Part shown: one piece after another, positions 1-6,765 of the stretch
How positions within the stretch are numbered: position 1 is the first letter of the stretch
Layout of the letters: each line of letters starts with the position of its first letter
Origin: a virus
Strand: one strand, 5' to 3'
DNA length: 31,424 bases
Virus record (IMG/VR): IMGVR_UViG_3300000133_000001
Span: 1-31,424 of that record
Notes under the pieces: generated by a model
The model's input: the letters and a program-made list of their open reading frames with translations, nothing else
Databases searched by the model: none
Told to the model about the DNA's origin: nothing
Program-made: the position numbers and the translations under genes

Positions 1-199
1 TATAATCGGGGACAGTGCAGACAATGTGCAGTACTTTAGGGGTAAGGGTAGGGTGTTTGCTGGTAAGTATTTAAAAGACTGCACCACAAAATATCAATAC
101 ACAAGAAAGCTATACGAATTATTTAAACAAGAATACAAAGGTAAAGCAAGACAAAAATACACAGAGTGCTATCACCTTTTAAAATTAAGAACACAATGA
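1..199 (+). CDS. 3' fragment of the 5'-3' exonuclease/FEN gene (duplicate of 30702..30900), truncated by the window edge
   Basis: Identical to the C-terminal part of ORF 30187..30900 (..IIGDSADNVQYFRGKGRVFAGKYL..). Stop TGA at 197-199. Confidence 0.8.
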   Translation, partial: IIGDSADNVQYFRGKGRVFAGKYLKDCTTKYQYTRKLYELFKQEYKGKARQKYTECYHLLKLRTQ

Positions 200-372
200 A
201 AGATAAAATAGTAGAAGATTTAAAAAGAGAGTTTGACATAAGAAGTTGTGTAGGGATAGACAAATACAAAACAACCTTACAAGACAATAACAAAGATGAT
301 TTTTTGCAGCACTTAAAAGAAGAACTTATGGATGCAACATTATACATACAAAAACTACAAAGCAATGGATAG
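196..372 (+). CDS. Hypothetical small protein (58 aa), possibly MazG-like all-alpha
   Basis: ATG at 196 overlaps the upstream stop (ATGA). The segment GIDKYKTTLQ..HLKEELMDATLYIQKL loosely recalls small phage MazG-like NTP pyrophosphohydrolase proteins (EExxD..Y). The resemblance is weak. The track start at 166 is an upstream extension inside the previous gene. Confidence 0.55.
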   Translation: MKDKIVEDLKREFDIRSCVGIDKYKTTLQDNNKDDFLQHLKEELMDATLYIQKLQSNG

Positions 373-916
373 CATAAAACTAATTAAAACACCAATACAA
401 GCATATAAATTATTATTAGAAAAAACTGATGTAGATGTATATAAAAAAACTAGGGTACGAGTAGTGATAGAACATCGTGCTTTTTTTTGTTATATATTAA
501 GAAAGAAGTTTAAAATGACATATCACGCAATAGCAATTTTTATGCGTAAACAATCAGAGATAAATTCTTATGATCACGCAACTGCAATACACGCAGTAAG
601 ACAATTTGATATATACAAAAAAGCATCATTTGAATATTTTGATAAACTTGAAAGTCATTTTATTATACCAAAGCATTTTGAATACTCTGAACTTTCTAAA
701 CTATTAACTGTTCAAAAAGATTATACAAAAGCATTACAAAAAATAAATAAATATGAAAAAAAGATATATTCAAATCTTACTGATAATGAAATAGAGTATA
801 GAGATTTAGATGAAGCACAAAAGAAACAATATGATGAAAGGGCAAGTATAGTATTGAAGTCTTTTAGTTGGAAGAAACCAAAAAATGAATATGAAATAAT
901 AAACTGTGGATCGTGA
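365..916 (+). CDS. DnaA domain IV-like helix-turn-helix DNA-binding protein (stand-alone)
   Basis: KKTRVRVVIEHRAFFCYILRKKFKMTYHAIAIFMRKQSEINSYDHATAIHAVRQFD follows the DnaA C-terminal pattern (R..i..aR.iamYl.r.lt..s...IG..f..rDHtTVlHA.rki). ATG at 365 overlaps the upstream stop by 8 nt. 332 is an alternative start. Confidence 0.65.
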   Translation: MDSIKLIKTPIQAYKLLLEKTDVDVYKKTRVRVVIEHRAFFCYILRKKFKMTYHAIAIFMRKQSEINSYDHATAIHAVRQFDIYKKASFEYFDKLESHFIIPKHFEYSELSKLLTVQKDYTKALQKINKYEKKIYSNLTDNEIEYRDLDEAQKKQYDERASIVLKSFSWKKPKNEYEIINCGS

Positions 917-2166
917 TAAAAACGGGAAGTGATTTTAGCGGAGTGGGTGCATTTGACCAAGCCTTAAGAAAGTTAGGTATTGACTATCAAACTGTGTATG
1001 CTTGTGATTGGGATAAATACGCAAGGCAAACCTATATAGAAAACTATGGTGAACCAATGTATTTTCCTAAAGATGTTTATGAGAGAGAAATACCAAAAGA
1101 AAGTTTAGATTTATATATGACATCACCACCTTGTCAAGCATTTAGTCTTGCTGGAAAACGTAAAGGTGAAGATGATGAAAGGGGTATCTTGTTTTACAAC
1201 TCACACGAGTTTATACAAAAGAACAATCCAAGATATTTTATATTTGAAAATGTTAGGGGTTTATTGTCAGATGCAAATGGTTTAACTTTTAAAGTATGGT
1301 TAGATATGTTAGGTGGTAAATCAGTTAACGGTAACCCAGTTTTGTTTCCAAATGAAAAATCAACTCCATATCATATATATTGGCAAGTGCTAAACGCAAA
1401 ACACTATGGTGTTCCACAGAACAGAGAAAGGGTTTTTATTATTGGTATAAGAGATGATGCAGATAACACCTTTAGGTTTCCAAAAACACAACACCTAACA
1501 AAAAAACTAAAAGATGTATTAGAAGATAGTGTAGATGATAAATACTTTTTGAGTGATAAGATGGTAAAATATTTTACAGATAATCAAAAGGGGAAAGGCA
1601 ATGGGAGAGCAACAGAATTTTTAACTGGTGATGAAGATAATACCAATTGTTTGTTATCTTCTTACTGGAGACAACCAAAAGATGGTATATATTTAAAAGT
1701 ACCATCAGCAACAAAAAAAGGTTTTGAAATAGCAACAGATCAAGACAGTATAAACTTTAGTGTACCTAATTCTAAAACAAGGAGAGGCAGAGTTGGAAAA
1801 GGTGTAGCACAAACATTAGATACTGCTTGTAATCAAGGTGTGATAAGCACAAACAACAAAAGAGTAAACCAAAACTATAATAAACATAAAGAAAGTTTAG
1901 AGAAAGGTGATTTTATGGATAGCTACAATCAAACAATACACAAAGAGGTAACACCAACAATAACAACAAGAGTATCAGCAAGCAACTGTAGTCACATATT
2001 TGAAAAAAAACAAATAAGACGTTTAACACCAAGAGAGTGCTTTAGGCTAATGGACTTTCCAGAAGATTTTAAATGGTCAGTATCAGATACACAAGCATAC
2101 AAACAAGCTGGAAACTCAATAGTAGTAAATGTACTTGCAGAAATAATAAACAAACTTAACCTATGA
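913..2166 (+). CDS. DNA (cytosine-5)-methyltransferase
   Basis: Canonical m5C motifs are present: I DFSGVGAF, IV SPPCQAFS, VI FENV, VIII QNRERVFIIG, IX RRLTPRECFRLMDFP, X YKQAGNSIVVNV. GTG start in a GTGA overlap with the upstream stop. About 190 aa lie between motifs VIII and IX. Confidence 0.93.
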   Translation: MIKTGSDFSGVGAFDQALRKLGIDYQTVYACDWDKYARQTYIENYGEPMYFPKDVYEREIPKESLDLYMTSPPCQAFSLAGKRKGEDDERGILFYNSHEFIQKNNPRYFIFENVRGLLSDANGLTFKVWLDMLGGKSVNGNPVLFPNEKSTPYHIYWQVLNAKHYGVPQNRERVFIIGIRDDADNTFRFPKTQHLTKKLKDVLEDSVDDKYFLSDKMVKYFTDNQKGKGNGRATEFLTGDEDNTNCLLSSYWRQPKDGIYLKVPSATKKGFEIATDQDSINFSVPNSKTRRGRVGKGVAQTLDTACNQGVISTNNKRVNQNYNKHKESLEKGDFMDSYNQTIHKEVTPTITTRVSASNCSHIFEKKQIRRLTPRECFRLMDFPEDFKWSVSDTQAYKQAGNSIVVNVLAEIINKLNL

Positions 2167-2399
2167 TTAAAAAAGAATGGCTATTTATGGAAACACCAAA
2201 AGAGAAAGCATACAGCCTACATAAGAAGTTTTACAATGTGGATGGTCAAGACTTTCACAATACAATGAGTAGTAAGATAGCAAAGCAATGTGCTAAAGTA
2301 CATATAAGACTTATACTTGAAAACGAAATACTAAAACCACATAACAAGATAACACTAGAATACTATCAAGAAGTACTAAACGAAATAGAAAAGCTATGA
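2163..2399 (+). CDS. Hypothetical protein (78 aa)
   Basis: ATGA overlaps at both ends indicate translational coupling. No recognisable motif. Confidence 0.6.
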   Translation: MIKKEWLFMETPKEKAYSLHKKFYNVDGQDFHNTMSSKIAKQCAKVHIRLILENEILKPHNKITLEYYQEVLNEIEKL

Positions 2400-3226
2400 A
2401 AGAAAATTTATTAGTTAGCTTTAGCGGTGGAGAAACAAGTGCTTATTTAGCAAAGTGGTTATTAGATAATAAATCAGAAGTTTACAATCTTATTTTTGTT
2501 TTTGCCAATACTGGTGATGAAGAAGAAGAAACTTTGCTCTTTATAGATAAATGCTCAAAAGAATGGAGTATAAATATAGTTTGGGTAGAGGCTGTTGTAC
2601 ATCACAATGAAAGGATTGGAAGCACACACAAAATAGTTAACTTTAAAACCGCATCAAGAAATAGAGAACCTTACAAAGAAGTTATAAAAAAGTATGGCAT
2701 ACCAAACCAGAATTTTCTACATTGTAATAGAGAAATGAAACTCAATCCTATTAAAAGTTATATTAAAAGTTTAGGCTGGAAAAAATATAAAACCGCAATA
2801 GGTATCAGAGTAGATGAATTTGATAGGATGAACAAACATAGAGAAAAACTGGGTTTAATTTATCCTTTTATATCTGATAAACCAACAAGCAAACAAGAAG
2901 TTTCTTATTGGTGGTCAACGCAAAAATTTAGACTGAAACTAAAAAGCTATAATACAAATTGCAAGACTTGCTGGAAAAAATCAGATAAAGTTTTAGCACA
3001 AGTATATAGGGACAATCCAAACTACTTTGATTTTAATAAAGAAATGGAAGATAAATATGGAAAAAATAAATACACATTTTTCAGAAATGGAAGAAGCACA
3101 GAAGAACTAAAAGAAGATTTAAAAAAAATAAACAAAGCACCAAAGGACAAACACGAAGATATAAATTTTCAAACAGATTTATTTTCACAAAGCTGTGACA
3201 TATATTCTATGTGTGGTGATGATTAA
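2396..3226 (+). CDS. PP-loop ATP pyrophosphatase / PAPS-reductase-family protein with a C-terminal 4-Cys cluster
   Basis: N-terminal PP-loop LLVSFSGGETSAYL (SGGxxS). Central ..LHCNREMKLNPIKSYI.. is typical of the PAPS_reduct family. C-terminal CKTCW (CxxC) and SCDIYSMCG (Cx5C) are present, but there is no ECGLH motif of true CysH. Confidence 0.75.
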   Translation: MKENLLVSFSGGETSAYLAKWLLDNKSEVYNLIFVFANTGDEEEETLLFIDKCSKEWSINIVWVEAVVHHNERIGSTHKIVNFKTASRNREPYKEVIKKYGIPNQNFLHCNREMKLNPIKSYIKSLGWKKYKTAIGIRVDEFDRMNKHREKLGLIYPFISDKPTSKQEVSYWWSTQKFRLKLKSYNTNCKTCWKKSDKVLAQVYRDNPNYFDFNKEMEDKYGKNKYTFFRNGRSTEELKEDLKKINKAPKDKHEDINFQTDLFSQSCDIYSMCGDD

Positions 3227-3233
3227 AAAACCT

Positions 3234-3347
3234 ATGAACAGAAAGAAACTAATACAAAAGCTACAACAACTATTAGACAAATTACCAAAGGGTAAAGAAA
3301 GAAAAGCTATAAGAGAAAGACTGTTAAAATTAAAGCTGAATAAATAA
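3234..3347 (+). CDS. Small basic hypothetical ORF (37 aa, MNRKKLIQKLQQLLDKLPKGKERKAIRERLLKLKLNK)
   Basis: Hand-translated and below the track cutoff. It fills the gap between 3226 and the late promoter. Lys/Arg/Leu-rich helix. Confidence 0.35.
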   Translation: MNRKKLIQKLQQLLDKLPKGKERKAIRERLLKLKLNK

Positions 3348-3369
3348 CTTGTTTAATTACGTTATATAA
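3339..3369 (+). promoter_or_regulatory. Putative phage late promoter, copy 1 (AATAAA-N15-CGTTATATAA)
   Basis: CGTTATATAA at 3360-3369 is intergenic, 23 nt upstream of the terS ATG. It aligns without gaps to the four other copies. Confidence 0.6.
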
Positions 3370-3392
3370 TTGAATAAACAAATTTCTATCAA

Positions 3393-3659
3393 ATGGATAA
3401 AAGAAAAAATAACGGTGGTGTAAGGGAAGGTGCTGGCAGACCAAAGAAAGCAGATGAACTAAAACTAATAGAAAAACTTGATAACCTTATAGATAATGAT
3501 GAGGTAATAAAAACACTAGGCAAACAAATACTAAAAGGTGATAGTCGTGCTATGTCGTTGTACTTTGGTTACAGATACGGTAAGCCAAAAGAAAGTGTAG
3601 ACATAACCTCAACAGATGGTTTCAATATTAACTTTAATGATATTATCAAGTTTAAGTGA
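3393..3659 (+). CDS. terS: Terminase small subunit (putative)
   Basis: 88 aa. N-terminal NNGGVREGAGRPKK is the G-x-R-x-GAGRPkk DNA-binding motif common in small terminases. It lies immediately upstream of, and overlaps, terL. Confidence 0.65.
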   Translation: MDKRKNNGGVREGAGRPKKADELKLIEKLDNLIDNDEVIKTLGKQILKGDSRAMSLYFGYRYGKPKESVDITSTDGFNINFNDIIKFK

Positions 3660-4864
3660 TAGAAGTTGATCCAAAGTATAAACCAATCCAAACATCAGAT
3701 GCTAGGTATTATATTGTAACTGGTGGTAGGGGTTCTGGTAAATCGTATTCTATAAACTTACTATTGTTGTTGCTCACTTTTGAAGCTGGGCATACAATCT
3801 TGTTTACTAGGTTTACATTATCATCTGCATACATTTCTATTATACCAGAGTTTATAGACAAGATAGAAACACTTAACTTACAAGATGCTTTTTATATAAC
3901 AAAAGATGAAATACGAAATAAGCTATCTGGTAGCAAGATAATCTTTAAAGGTATCAAGACATCAAGCGGTGACCAAACAGCCAACCTAAAGTCTTTAACT
4001 AATGTTAGCACTTGGGTAATGGATGAAGCAGAAGAACTGCAAGATGAAAACATCTTTGACAAAATAGATTTAAGTGTTAGAAACCTAAACCAAAAGAATA
4101 GGGTAATACTTATTTTAAACCCAGTTACAAAAGAGCATTGGATATACAATAGGTTCTTTGAAGATAAAGGTGTGCAAGCTGGTACAAACACAACCAAAGG
4201 AAATACAACCTACATACACACAACTTATTTAGATAACGTAGAAAACCTATCTAAAAGTTATTTAGAGCAAATAGAAAACATTAAGAAACGCAGACCAGAG
4301 AAATACAAGCACCAAATGCTTGGGGGCTGGTTGGCAAAAGCAGAGGGTGTAATATTCAGTAACTGGCAGATAGGTGAGTTTAAAAAAGTAGGTGTAAGTG
4401 TGTTTGGTCAAGATTATGGTTTTGCATCAGATGAAAATACATTAGTAGAAACTAACATAGATACAAACAACAAGATAATCTATTTAAAGGAGTGCTTTTA
4501 CTTGAAAGGTCTTACCACATCACAAATAGCTGAACTAAACCTTAAACACGCAAAAAACCATCTTATAGTAGGTGATAGTGCTGAACCAAGATTGTTACAC
4601 GAACTGAAAGCAAAAGGTTGCAATGTAGTCAAAGCAATAAAAGGTCAAGGTTCAATTACATACGGCATAGCATTACTACAAGACTATGATCTAGTTGTAG
4701 AAGAAAACAGTATCAACTTAATCAAAGAACTAAACAACTACTCTTGGTTGGAGAAAAAGTCTAAAACACCACAAGACAAATTCAACCACATCATTGATGC
4801 AATCCGTTATAGTGTATCATATCAACTGCAAAACCCAAACAGAGGTAACTACTACATATCTTAA
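3656..4864 (+). CDS. terL: Terminase large subunit (PBSX/XtmB-like)
   Basis: Walker A YYIVTGGRGSGKSYS and Walker B WVMDEAEE. The C-terminal nuclease-type region has conserved Asp residues (VGDSAEP, IIDAIRY). GTG start in a GTGA overlap with terS. Confidence 0.9.
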   Translation: MIEVDPKYKPIQTSDARYYIVTGGRGSGKSYSINLLLLLLTFEAGHTILFTRFTLSSAYISIIPEFIDKIETLNLQDAFYITKDEIRNKLSGSKIIFKGIKTSSGDQTANLKSLTNVSTWVMDEAEELQDENIFDKIDLSVRNLNQKNRVILILNPVTKEHWIYNRFFEDKGVQAGTNTTKGNTTYIHTTYLDNVENLSKSYLEQIENIKKRRPEKYKHQMLGGWLAKAEGVIFSNWQIGEFKKVGVSVFGQDYGFASDENTLVETNIDTNNKIIYLKECFYLKGLTTSQIAELNLKHAKNHLIVGDSAEPRLLHELKAKGCNVVKAIKGQGSITYGIALLQDYDLVVEENSINLIKELNNYSWLEKKSKTPQDKFNHIIDAIRYSVSYQLQNPNRGNYYIS

Positions 4865-4872
4865 ATGTTATG

Positions 4873-4909
4873 CACAATTTTGTTAATAACTAATTTATTT
4901 GTATATTGC
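4873..4909 (+). promoter_or_regulatory. Host-type (Bacteroidota-like) promoter, TTTG-N19-TATATTGC; near-identical copy at 29673..29709
   Basis: TTTG at 4879-4882, a 19-nt spacer, then TATATTGC at 4902-4909. The 19-mer cacaattttgttaataact is identical at 29673-29691. The ATG at 4935 lies 26 nt downstream. Confidence 0.55.
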
Positions 4910-4934
4910 ATTATTATTAACTAACAAAACAGAT

Positions 4935-5129
4935 ATGAAAGAAACAGTAAAATTACCATTAGAAGAATTTAAAAAGCTATATTCTATTAAGATTAGGTTA
5001 GAAACCTACTTTAAGTATATGCAAGATGACAGAGGTGTGTTAAAAGATATTGCACCAACTTTTTTAGATGATGCAAAAGAATACATCAAAGAATACAATG
5101 AACTAACAAATGAAAAATCATATGTATAG
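4935..5129 (+). CDS. Hypothetical protein (64 aa)
   Basis: First ATG after the promoter-like element (MKETVKLPLEEF..). The track start at 4899 would lie inside the promoter element. Confidence 0.55.
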   Translation: MKETVKLPLEEFKKLYSIKIRLETYFKYMQDDRGVLKDIAPTFLDDAKEYIKEYNELTNEKSYV

Positions 5130-5220
5130 TAATTGTTGTGGTGCAGAAGCATCTTATTTAAGTGATGAATTATGTGGTGAGTGTTTAGAACACACTTGCT
5201 TTAACGAAATAGAAGAATAG
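5110..5220 (+). CDS. Small Cys-rich ORF (36 aa; MKNHMYSNCCGAEASYLSDELCGECLEHTCFNEIEE)
   Basis: Hand-translated, below the track cutoff. Five Cys including CxxC. Alternative start at 5122. Confidence 0.4.
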   Translation: MKNHMYSNCCGAEASYLSDELCGECLEHTCFNEIEE

Positions 5221-5222
5221 AT

Positions 5223-5357
5223 ATGAAAAAGATAATAGATAAATTTCTAATTAAAAGAAGCATCAGACCATACAAGATAGTAGCTTTAAGTACTGGTGTA
5301 ATTGTAGAACATTACCGTAATGGTAAATTAAAAACAGAATATTATGGATTGGTATAG
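5223..5357 (+). CDS. Small hypothetical ORF (44 aa; MKKIIDKFLIKRSIRPYKIVALSTGVIVEHYRNGKLKTEYYGLV)
   Basis: Hand-translated. It starts 3 nt after the previous stop and overlaps the next small ORF. Confidence 0.4.
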   Translation: MKKIIDKFLIKRSIRPYKIVALSTGVIVEHYRNGKLKTEYYGLV

Positions 5358-5457
5358 CCCACCAGAGTACAAAGATTATGAATGCACAGAATGTGGTGCA
5401 GATATAGACCACGAGGGTGTGTGTAGTGGCACTTGTCACGAAGCAAGTATGATTTAG
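5344..5457 (+). CDS. Small Cys-rich ORF (37 aa; MDWYSPPEYKDYECTECGADIDHEGVCSGTCHEASMI)
   Basis: Hand-translated. CxxC...CxxxC spacing resembles a zinc ribbon. It is followed by a terminator. Confidence 0.4.
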   Translation: MDWYSPPEYKDYECTECGADIDHEGVCSGTCHEASMI

Positions 5458-5480
5458 TTAAGTTGAGTTAGTTTTGTTTA

Positions 5481-5512
5481 AAAGGTGCATCAGAAATGGT
5501 GTACCTTTTTTT
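5481..5512 (+). terminator. Rho-independent terminator closing the packaging operon
   Basis: aaaggtgca (5481-5489) pairs with tgtaccttt (5500-5508), giving 9 bp with one G-U pair. The loop is 10 nt and a T-run extends to 5512. Confidence 0.7.
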
Positions 5513-5528
5513 ATTATATTTACCTTAC

Positions 5529-5559
5529 TATAAAAAACCATTTTAAAAACGTTATATAA
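5529..5559 (+). promoter_or_regulatory. Putative phage late promoter, copy 2 (TATAAA-N15-CGTTATATAA)
   Basis: CGTTATATAA at 5550-5559 ends 2 nt before the ATG at 5562. It lies just downstream of the 5481-5512 terminator. Confidence 0.65.
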
Positions 5560-5561
5560 GT

Positions 5562-6212
5562 ATGAATATCAATATTACAGTACCAAATGATTTAAGTGAA
5601 ATTACTTTAAGGCAGTATAAGCACTTTCTTAAAATACAGAAAAATGTAGATGATGAGAGTTTTTTAAATGCAAAAATCATTGAAATATTTTGCAAGTTAA
5701 ACCTTGAAGATGTAATGAGGTTGAAGTTTAATGATAGTGAATTAATAGTAAGTACACTTACAGAAATGTTTGAGCAGAAGCCTAACCTAGTTAGAAGTTT
5801 TAAGCTAAACAATATTAACTATGGGTTTCATCCACAACTAGATGATTTAACTTTAGGGGAGTATATAGATTTAGATACCTTTATTGGAGACTGGGAAAAT
5901 ATAGAAAAAGCTATGTCAGTTTTATATAGACCAGTAGTAAACAAGATAAAAGACAAATACACAATAGAAGAATACAAAGTAGGTAAGGATCAAGAGATTT
6001 TAGATATGCCTATGGATGCAGTCTTGTCATCAATTTTTTTTTTGTGGAATTTAGGTCTGGACTTGTCGAAAACTATGATGAATTATTTGGACAAGGATCA
6101 AACACAAGCCTTGACGCAGTATCTAACTTCACAACCAAATGGGGATGGTATAACTCAATTTACGGACTTGCTCAAGGAGACATTACAAGATATGAAAATA
6201 TCACTAAACTAG
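5562..6212 (+). CDS. Structural-module protein, frame-0 product (216 aa); possible tail assembly chaperone-like short form
   Basis: First gene behind late promoter copy 2. It contains the T10 tract at 6034-6043. Its last 56 codons overlap an open -1 frame. Confidence 0.7.
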   Translation: MNINITVPNDLSEITLRQYKHFLKIQKNVDDESFLNAKIIEIFCKLNLEDVMRLKFNDSELIVSTLTEMFEQKPNLVRSFKLNNINYGFHPQLDDLTLGEYIDLDTFIGDWENIEKAMSVLYRPVVNKIKDKYTIEEYKVGKDQEILDMPMDAVLSSIFFLWNLGLDLSKTMMNYLDKDQTQALTQYLTSQPNGDGITQFTDLLKETLQDMKISLN

Positions 6213-6298
6213 GAGTACACGAATGTTTTATGATGCTATCCTTTATGAAAGACAAAGCAGAAGTAGAAGCAAAAAGAATTAAACAAAATTTCAAATGA
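5562..6298 (+). CDS. Putative -1 frameshift or slippage fusion product, join(5562..6041,6041..6298), about 245 aa
   Basis: The -1 frame ORF (..VEFRSGLVENYDELFGQGSN..WGWYNSIYGLAQGDITRYENITKLGVHECFMMLSFMKDKAEVEAKRIKQNFK) ends in an ATGA overlap with the next gene (6295). The frame-0 stop at 6212 leaves an 82-nt gap instead. Confidence 0.45.
6034..6043 (+). other. T10 homopolymer / slippery site (att ttt ttt ttg in frame 0)
   Basis: Ten consecutive T. Frame 0 reads I-F-F-L. The -1 frame is open from 5987 and runs to 6298. Confidence 0.9.
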
Positions 6299-6765
6299 GC
6301 CAACAAGGTATAAGAGGATATTATCAATTAACCTCAACAATAGAAGAACAATTAAGAAGTACTGAATTTACTAATACAGTTTCTATTGGTGACATAAGCA
6401 AAGTGAACCTAAACAAGCAAGACATATTTCCATTAGCACATATGATTGTAAATAGTGTTTCAGCAGAAGAACAAGTGTTGAGGTTTAACATAAGCATCCT
6501 AGCTTGTGATATTGTAGATCAATCAAAGGATATAACAACAGATAGATTTACTGGCAATGATAATGAGCAAGATATTCTAAACACGCAGCTACTAGTCTTA
6601 AACAAGCTAATACAGAAGTTAAGGATGGGTTCATTACATACAGATATGTACCAACTAGATGGCAATCCAAGTTTAACACCATTTAATGATAGGTTTGAAA
6701 ACCAACTTGCTGGATGGAGTGCTACAATGACTATACTAATTTACAATGATATATATATTTGTTAA
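6295..6765 (+). CDS. Hypothetical virion-module protein (156 aa)
   Basis: ATGA-coupled to the -1 frame ORF upstream and TAATG-coupled downstream. No recognisable motif. Confidence 0.7.
   Translation: MSQQGIRGYYQLTSTIEEQLRSTEFTNTVSIGDISKVNLNKQDIFPLAHMIVNSVSAEEQVLRFNISILACDIVDQSKDITTDRFTGNDNEQDILNTQLLVLNKLIQKLRMGSLHTDMYQLDGNPSLTPFNDRFENQLAGWSATMTILIYNDIYIC

Larger units (their letters stand above)
1..723. repeat. Terminal direct repeat, copy 1 (matches 30702..31424)
   Basis: Base 1 (tataatcggggacagtgcag...) aligns to 30702 with offset 30701. The ORF track gives identical ORFs at 123..365/30824..31066 and 166..372/30867..31073. The repeat starts inside the exonuclease gene and ends inside the DnaA-IV-like gene. 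Confidence 0.95.

Noticed and set aside
901-920. DnaA-box-like sequences (ctgtggatcg at about 904; ttatccaga at about 8241) as binding sites for the DnaA-IV-like protein
   Set aside because: These are single, imperfect matches to TTATCCACA located inside coding sequence. They are not clustered, and none lies in the AT-rich candidate origin, so they are not distinguishable from chance.
2396-3226. Calling the PP-loop protein an assimilatory cysH auxiliary metabolic gene
   Set aside because: The C-terminal ECGLH catalytic motif of PAPS/APS reductases is absent and is replaced by CxxC plus Cx5C. The genomic context (MTase, packaging genes) points to nucleic-acid chemistry. The family assignment is kept, but the metabolic role is not asserted.
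6044-6298. The track ORF treated as an independent 84-aa gene starting at GTG 6044
   Set aside because: The GTG is simply the first start-capable codon after the T10 run. The frame is already open from 5987, and no promoter or spacer is present. It is better explained as the -1 frame continuation of 5562 (see the finding), though independent initiation cannot be fully excluded.
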